DNA of 64,000 bases, taken from Bryobacterales bacterium (GTDB lineage: Bacteria > Acidobacteriota > Terriglobia > Bryobacterales > UBA6623). A program made the position numbers and the translations under genes. The DNA is taken from assembly GCA_965116065.1 (NCBI GenBank), contig OZ220485.1:3760347-3824346 (forward strand), read 5' to 3'. Below the pieces are notes generated by a model. It did not search any database. It worked only from the letters and a program-made list of their open reading frames with translations, and had not been told where the DNA came from. This document shows, piece after piece, positions 58,208 through 64,000 of this stretch (within the stretch, counting starts at the first letter, position 1; every line of letters starts with the position of its first letter).

Positions 58208-61198
58208 CTAGAATGTCCTGCTGATCGTGAACCGGAACATCGACCGGCGCTCGAAGTACGGCAGCGGTGTCCCGACGGGCCGTACCGCATTGATGAAGGA
58301 GTTGTGATTGGGGAACAGGGAACGGTCCGCAACGATCGGAGGCCGGAGATACTCCTGCAACCGCAGCGGGTTGTACGCCCAGTAGAAACGGAACGGGGCG
58401 TTGACCACCGGCATCATCACCTGCAGCTCGATCCCGGTGGAACTGCGAATCTTCTGCGTCGGTCCGATGACGCCGATCCGCTCCTGGAAGCCTGCCTGCG
58501 GGAAACGCTTGTTGAGCTCGAGCGTGCGGCCGGGGTTCAGGCGCACCTGGCTCTTGCGCAGAATCTTGTTGAATCCGATGTCCCAGAACGGGGCCAGCAC
58601 CACCGGTCCGAAGAGCTTGATACGATACTCGAAGTTGTAGACGAAGCGGGTGTCGCCCCCGGGGAAATTCAGGCGAAAGACCGGCACTTCGGTGGTGATC
58701 GGCACCCGCTCCTCGACGCCGTCCACGATCCGCACCTGTGTCCGCTTGGTGCCATTGTCGTTGACGACGGCTACGTTGGTGAAGTCCGGGATCCACACCA
58801 TGGGGCTGATCGCCCAGATCTGGAAGCCCCGGACATCGTTCTCACCCCCCATGAACGAGCGGTTGAACGGGGGCGGCACACGCCCTCCGTAGCCACTGAG
58901 GAACGAGAACAGACCGCGCATGGCGATCGTCTGCCGACTGCCATGGGGGCGGAAGTACTTGGCCTCGACCGTGGGCTGGATGAACCGGGTGTTGCCGCCG
59001 ATTCCGGCGATGGCAACGCTGGCGAAGAGACTCTTGCCCTTCGACGGGGTGATGGGATGGTCGACGGTGTTGTAGAAGTAGCCGGGCGTGATCTGGCTGG
59101 TCGTGATGCCCTCCAGCGAGTTCGGCCCCGAAACGCCCTCGAAGTTCATGTACGTGAACAGATTGGTGGCCGTCTTGCTGAACGTGACGATGTTCGAGCG
59201 GCGGTAACTGTAGGTCAGGCTCAACCGCGCAAAACTCCGCCGCAGCGGGTAGCTGACGAACGTCGTGAAGCCGTTCGAAGTGTTCCGGTAGTCGAGAATG
59301 TTCTCCGGTCCGAGCTGATTGAAGAGCGGGATCAGGTTCGCCCCCGCGAAGATCGATGCCTCGCGAGCCTGGTTGAAGCTGAAACGGCTCGAGAAGATCG
59401 TGAAGCCGGCCTGAATGGGCTTGTCGAACAGGTACGGCTCGGTGTAGCCGAACTGCAGCACCCGTTCGCGACTGCCCAGCTGCGCGTCGAAGGACAGTGT
59501 CTCGCCGAGCCCGAGAAAGTTGTTGGTGGAGTAGCCGAAGCCGATGAAGCTACCCGCGAATCCCGACACGCCGCCATTGAGGTTGATCATGTTCCGCCCG
59601 CGCTCCTTGACCTTGAGCGTCAGGTCGACGAGTCCGTCGCGCGTGTTGCGGGTGATCACGGTGTCGGTCTCCGGCCCTTCGGTCTTGATCGGATCGAAGT
59701 AGCCGAGCTGGTTCAGCCGCAGCATGCTCAGGTCCCAGACGCGGGTGTTGAACATGTCACCCTCGTCAAGCAGGATCTCGCGGCGGATGACCTTGTCGCG
59801 CGTGGTCGTGTTGCCGTCGAACTCGATCCGGCGCACGAAGAACTGCTTGCCCTCGTCCACGGACAGGTTGAGGTCGATCCTGGGCGGATCGTCATCCTCC
59901 CGGAACTCGAAGCTGGGTTCGGCCACGAAATCGATGTATCCGAACTCCCCGTAGAGCTTCTTGAGGTTCTCCATGCCCTTGCGGAGCTTCTCCACATCGA
60001 AGATACCCCCCTCGGTCATGGCGAAGACCGGGCCCAGCACCTGATCGGGGACGCGGAAGAGCTCCACGTCGGTGAAACTCAGCAGGCCGCGCACGTAACG
60101 AGGTCCCTCGTCCAGGAGCAGGTTGACATCGGCGTGCTTCTTCGGCTTGTTGAACAGCATCGACCACGGAATCAGAAAGGTGCCCCGGCCGGGCGAGTCG
60201 CGCACCTCCAGATCATGGCTGAGAACGTTCGCCTTGAAATAGCCCCGCTTCTGGTAGGCGTTGCGCAAGCGCTCCTTGTCCTCCTCGAGCTTGCGGATGT
60301 CGAACGTGCGGGTGAAGAGATTCTCCAGGACGATGCTCTTGGGGATGCCCAGCGGCTTGGTGTTCTTCATTGCCCGGCGGGCGTTGCGGTAACTCATCAC
60401 GTCGAGACCATCGAAGGTGACCTTGCCGACCTTGACCTTCGGCCCCTCGTCGATGTTGAACACGATCTCCACCGAGGCAGGAGGAATCTGCCGCACCTCG
60501 GGGTTCACTTCCGCATACTGCCGGCCGCGCTCACCCAGGAGCTCGCGCAGCACGTAGACCGCACGGTTGACCGTTGTGGGGTCATAGCGCGACTCGACGG
60601 TCAGGCCGACGTTCCGCTCCTTGAACCGCTCGAGGATGTCGGACAGCGTGGCGGACTTGTTGCCCTCGTAGCGGATGGTCCGAACCACCCGTCGCTCCGT
60701 GACCACGAAACGGACGAGCTTGCCGACTTCTCCGTCCTCGACCTCAAGTCGCAGATCGTCGAAATAGCCGGTGTTCCACAGCACCATGAAGTCCCTGCGC
60801 AGGGTCTGGGCATCGTAGAGGTCCCCTCGCTTGGTGAAGATGCGGGCGGCCAGGCTGTCGCGTGGAATCCGGCGGGTGCCGCGAAACGAGACCTCCTCGA
60901 TGATGTCCTCGCCCGTCCGACGTTGCGGCTGCTCCTCTTCCTCGACCGTCTCGAACGGTGAGGCCGGCGTCGGCTGCTCCAGAGGGATGTCCTCGAACGG
61001 CGAGGGCGATTGCCGGGCCTGCGCCAGCAGGTAGGGCGGGGCCGGTCGCGGATCGCGATCCGGTGCGGGTTCCTCGACCGACAGCGCCGCGGGCCGCCCG
61101 GCGGTGTCCGGAACGGCATCACGCTCCTGCGCGTCGGCCAACGTGGCGAAACAGACGGCCAAGGACGTGGCGAATCGGGTCAGACGGCTCGGATTCAT
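58208..61198 (-). CDS. bamA: Outer membrane protein assembly factor BamA
   Basis: 996 aa with a signal peptide, multiple POTRA-like repeats (IEEVSFRGTRRI, VRTIRYEGN, VGKVTFDGL, VRRIEFDGN) and a C-terminal beta-barrel ending in F. Confidence 0.95.
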   Translation of the reverse strand: MNPSRLTRFATSLAVCFATLADAQERDAVPDTAGRPAALSVEEPAPDRDPRPAPPYLLAQARQSPSPFEDIPLEQPTPASPFETVEEEEQPQRRTGEDIIEEVSFRGTRRIPRDSLAARIFTKRGDLYDAQTLRRDFMVLWNTGYFDDLRLEVEDGEVGKLVRFVVTERRVVRTIRYEGNKSATLSDILERFKERNVGLTVESRYDPTTVNRAVYVLRELLGERGRQYAEVNPEVRQIPPASVEIVFNIDEGPKVKVGKVTFDGLDVMSYRNARRAMKNTKPLGIPKSIVLENLFTRTFDIRKLEEDKERLRNAYQKRGYFKANVLSHDLEVRDSPGRGTFLIPWSMLFNKPKKHADVNLLLDEGPRYVRGLLSFTDVELFRVPDQVLGPVFAMTEGGIFDVEKLRKGMENLKKLYGEFGYIDFVAEPSFEFREDDDPPRIDLNLSVDEGKQFFVRRIEFDGNTTTRDKVIRREILLDEGDMFNTRVWDLSMLRLNQLGYFDPIKTEGPETDTVITRNTRDGLVDLTLKVKERGRNMINLNGGVSGFAGSFIGFGYSTNNFLGLGETLSFDAQLGSRERVLQFGYTEPYLFDKPIQAGFTIFSSRFSFNQAREASIFAGANLIPLFNQLGPENILDYRNTSNGFTTFVSYPLRRSFARLSLTYSYRRSNIVTFSKTATNLFTYMNFEGVSGPNSLEGITTSQITPGYFYNTVDHPITPSKGKSLFASVAIAGIGGNTRFIQPTVEAKYFRPHGSRQTIAMRGLFSFLSGYGGRVPPPFNRSFMGGENDVRGFQIWAISPMVWIPDFTNVAVVNDNGTKRTQVRIVDGVEERVPITTEVPVFRLNFPGGDTRFVYNFEYRIKLFGPVVLAPFWDIGFNKILRKSQVRLNPGRTLELNKRFPQAGFQERIGVIGPTQKIRSSTGIELQVMMPVVNAPFRFYWAYNPLRLQEYLRPPIVADRSLFPNHNSFINAVRPVGTPLPYFERRSMFRFTISRTF

Positions 61199-61417
61199 GG
61201 ACGGGAATCTGGTCAGGAACCGGAAGCGCCGGGGCCGACAACGGATTCAGGACGGGCCGCCGGGCTCATGAACGGAATACGCATGCGCTTTGATTGCCGT
61301 TTCAACACGGGCGTTCGATATTCGCAGTGGAACCGGCATAAGGGATGTCGCTGACTGCGAGCACCCGCCTGCACCGGCACGACGATCCGTTCCGGTCGAC
61401 GGACCGCACCCGCAACC

Positions 61418-62092
61418 TCAATCGGATCGTCGGAATTCGATCAGGAACTCTCCCAAGGAACCATCGTAACTCAATTCCAGGTACTTCCGCCTGGTTCTGG
61501 AGGGGATCTCGAAATACAGGTACCCTCCGACCGGATCGTCGTGGGCGACAAGCGGCAATTCGAGCTTCCGCAGCCGATCCACGACCGTGTCCTCACCCTG
61601 CTGGTCGAGTTGCTCGACGGAGCGCTTCTCCTGGGTCGCCGAACCGGCCCCGGCCATGCGGGGAGGCATGCCCAGTCGACGAGGGCGCTGGCCGGTTCCG
61701 GGCACCCCGCCCCAGATCGGGGCGTCGGGATTCTCGGCGAACACGGTGCCCGATGATGATGTGCGCTTGGCCGTGAGATCAAGCACGGCGCTGCCGGCGA
61801 TCCGGCCTGGCGATACCGCTGGCGACGTGTCGTTGTTGTTGCGGGCCCGCAAGAGGAACTCCTCACGCTGGAACTCCAGTTGGGAACCGTACAGCGGGCG
61901 CACCCGCAGTTCAACGAGAACAACCTCGCCTTCTAGGCTGGCCCCGGTCACCTTCCGGATCTCGGTCGTGTCACGGACGAGGCGGGCGCGGATTTCCGCA
62001 TCGGGGAGTTCGCGCGAGTACCAATCCGGCTGGCTGGCCACCGCAAGAGCCCCTGCCAGAAGTGTGCCGAACAGGAAGATCACTCGCACCAT
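61418..62092 (-). CDS. Hypothetical secreted protein
   Basis: 224 aa with signal peptide MVRVIFLFGTLLAGALAVAS. I recognise no family. Confidence 0.5.
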   Translation of the reverse strand: MVRVIFLFGTLLAGALAVASQPDWYSRELPDAEIRARLVRDTTEIRKVTGASLEGEVVLVELRVRPLYGSQLEFQREEFLLRARNNNDTSPAVSPGRIAGSAVLDLTAKRTSSSGTVFAENPDAPIWGGVPGTGQRPRRLGMPPRMAGAGSATQEKRSVEQLDQQGEDTVVDRLRKLELPLVAHDDPVGGYLYFEIPSRTRRKYLELSYDGSLGEFLIEFRRSD

Positions 62093-62189
62093 GGCCGTTC
62101 GCTGCTCAGTCTAACCCATCGTCTGGCCGGCATCCACGAGCACAGCGGCGATCGCACACACCAGGGGCGGGCAGCGACGAGAGACGAGA

Positions 62190-62217
62190 CCGGGAACCGG
62201 GCCGATCCGGCTCCCGG
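62190..62217 (-). terminator. Weak hairpin downstream of the ABC-F gene (possible intrinsic terminator)
   Basis: CCGGGAACCGG-GCCGAT-CCGGCTCCCGG forms an 11-bp stem with one mismatch and a 6-nt loop. Only a modest U content follows on the minus strand. Confidence 0.25.
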
Positions 62218-62264
62218 AGAGTCCCAGTCGATCTGGCCTTCAAGAGGCACCCCCACCTGGTCCT

Positions 62265-64000
62265 CTACTCCGCCAGAAGTTCCGAGAGTTCCGCCCACTC
62301 TTCCTCGTACCTGTGGATGCGCCTCTGGTTCGCTTCCAGATCATCGAGAATCGTCCGGCGCCGATCATGATCCGTTCCGTTGGTCGCCAGTTCCGCCTGC
62401 AGGACCCCGCTACTCTCCTCGAGCTCCTCGATTTCCTGCTCGATCGCGCCGACCCGGTCCCGAAGGTCGGCAGCCTTGATGGGATTCATCCGTTGCTGTC
62501 GCGTGGGCGCGGCCGTGCGCAGTGCCTGCTTCAGTTCCTTGCTGACGGTCGGCACCGCTTCCGTGTCCGGCCCCTGATCGCGACGTTGACGCGACCACAG
62601 AAACTGCTCGTAGTCACCCGGGTACACCTCGACATCGCCACCGCCGACCGAAACGACCTTGTTCGACAGCCGATCGATGAAATACCGGTCGTGCGATACG
62701 AACACGAGCGTGCCATCGAACTCCAGGAGCGCCTGCAGCAGGACATCCTTGGCTCGCAGGTCGAGATGATTCGTCGGCTCGTCGAGCAGCAGGACATTGC
62801 TGGGCTGGACCAGCATCCTTGCCAGTGCGTACCGGTTGCGCTCTCCGCCCGAAAGCACACCGATCCTCTTGAAGACATCGTCACCGCTGAACAGGAAGCA
62901 ACCCAGCAATCCCCGCAGGGCCGCCTCGCCCATCATCGGGGCATGGGCCACCATATCCTCGATGATGACCCGCTCCGGGTCCAGTTCGCGGTACTGGTCC
63001 TGCGCGAAGTGATCGATGCTGGCGCGATGGCCTTCCCGGCGGGTGCCCACCGAGAACGGCTCGTGGCCGGCGAGAATCCGGATCAGGGTCGATTTCCCGG
63101 CTCCGTTCGTACCGACCAAGGCAATCCGGTCGCCCCGCTCCACACGGAGCGAGATTCCCGCGAACACCCGGTTGTCGCCATACGACTTGGCGACGTTGTC
63201 AAGTTCCAAGACAACCCGGCCCGACGGGGCGGGTTGCGGAAACCTGAAGCGGATCGTCTTCTCTTCCGGGGGAACTTCGATCCGATCCATCTTCTCGAGT
63301 TCCTTGATGCGGCTCTGCACCTGCCGCGCCTTCGTCGCCTGGTAGCGGAAGCGCTTGATGAACGCCTCCAACTGCTCAATGCGGTCCTGCTGGTTCCGGA
63401 AGGCCGCTCGGATCTGGGCGACGCGCTCATCCCTCTGCTTCTCGAATTTCGTGTAGTTGCCGGTGTAGAAATGCGCCCGTGCGTTCCACAGATGAACAAC
63501 CTTGCGAACCGTCGTGTCCAAAAAATAGCGGTCATGGGAAACGACGATGTAGGCGGATGGATAGCAGCGCAGGTAGTCTTCCAGCCAGTTGCGCGCCTCA
63601 AGGTCCAGGTGGTTGGTGGGTTCGTCGAGGAGCAGAAGATTGGGCTTGGCCAGGAGCAGTTTCGCCAGCGCGATCCTCATCTGCCATCCGCCGGAGAATT
63701 CCTCGCAGGGCCGATCCCAGTCCTTCCGGGGAAAGGCCAGCCCTCCCACGACAGTGCCGACCTGAGCCTCCTTGGTATACCCGTCGAGCGCCTGGAAGCG
63801 GTTCGAGCACCACTCGTAGCGGTCCATGACCGCCTGGAATTCCGGCGTGGACGGGTCCACCTCGGCCATGCGGTGCGTCAGTTCGTCAAGCTCGGTCTCC
63901 AGCGCAAGGGCCTCGTCAAACACGCTGAGACACTCACCGAAGACGGTCCGGCCGGAGAAGGCCAGCCCCTCCTGCGGCAGGTATCCGACACGGATGTTCT
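62265..64000 (-). CDS. ABC-F family ATPase (Uup/YheS-like), 5' end beyond the right window edge
   Basis: Two ABC cassettes (LSGGW...LLLLDEPTNHLD; GTNGAGKST...LSGGERNRY...LLLDEPTNHLD) and a C-terminal coiled-coil. The reading frame stays open from 63923 to 64000 (IRVGYLPQEGLAFSGRTVF...), so the N-terminus is outside the window. Confidence 0.9.
   Translation of the reverse strand, partial: NIRVGYLPQEGLAFSGRTVFGECLSVFDEALALETELDELTHRMAEVDPSTPEFQAVMDRYEWCSNRFQALDGYTKEAQVGTVVGGLAFPRKDWDRPCEEFSGGWQMRIALAKLLLAKPNLLLLDEPTNHLDLEARNWLEDYLRCYPSAYIVVSHDRYFLDTTVRKVVHLWNARAHFYTGNYTKFEKQRDERVAQIRAAFRNQQDRIEQLEAFIKRFRYQATKARQVQSRIKELEKMDRIEVPPEEKTIRFRFPQPAPSGRVVLELDNVAKSYGDNRVFAGISLRVERGDRIALVGTNGAGKSTLIRILAGHEPFSVGTRREGHRASIDHFAQDQYRELDPERVIIEDMVAHAPMMGEAALRGLLGCFLFSGDDVFKRIGVLSGGERNRYALARMLVQPSNVLLLDEPTNHLDLRAKDVLLQALLEFDGTLVFVSHDRYFIDRLSNKVVSVGGGDVEVYPGDYEQFLWSRQRRDQGPDTEAVPTVSKELKQALRTAAPTRQQRMNPIKAADLRDRVGAIEQEIEELEESSGVLQAELATNGTDHDRRRTILDDLEANQRRIHRYEEEWAELSELLAE

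Overview
This 64-kb window comes from a high-GC bacterial chromosome (most 60-nt lines I hand-counted exceed 60% GC). The gene content (BamA/Skp, BatA/DUF58/MoxR/DUF4159/DUF4175 cluster, DUF1501, two-gene EgtB/EgtD) suggests Acidobacteriota or a related Gram-negative phylum, but that is only an inference. All family names rest on motif recall and reading of the supplied translations; no searches were run.

Most of the window is tightly packed housekeeping: miaB, lepB, carAB, purH, rpoD, rpiB, rimO, yacG, pgpA, cinA, skp, bamA and an ABC-F ATPase.

Accessory or unusual content:
- An AT-rich ~1.5-kb two-gene insertion (2.75-4.3 kb) encodes an HKD-less PLD-like soluble protein and a small multi-TM protein. 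I recognise no family for either. This is my best candidate for an undescribed conflict or defence module.
- At the extreme left edge, a leftward-reading partial gene has an N-terminus resembling type III restriction Res-like helicases.
- A toxin plus YgiT/MqsA-type zinc-ribbon pair lies at 12.6-13.2 kb.
- A decayed IS1634-like transposase pseudogene lies at 23.8-25.2 kb.
- A ~14-kb co-directional, tightly spaced eight-gene MoxR/DUF58/vWA 'Bat-like' cluster (26.7-40.7 kb) includes a cysteine-less caspase/C13-fold protein and a TPR-gluzincin fusion.
- A two-component system is coupled to a small Moco oxidoreductase and a DUF1501 protein.
- A MotA/ExbB-DUF2149 pair is present.
- Several genes have a -10-like hexamer 7-8 nt upstream of the ATG, which suggests leaderless mRNAs.

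I saw no rRNA, tRNA or CRISPR array. The many long antisense ORFs in the track are GC-rich shadow frames.
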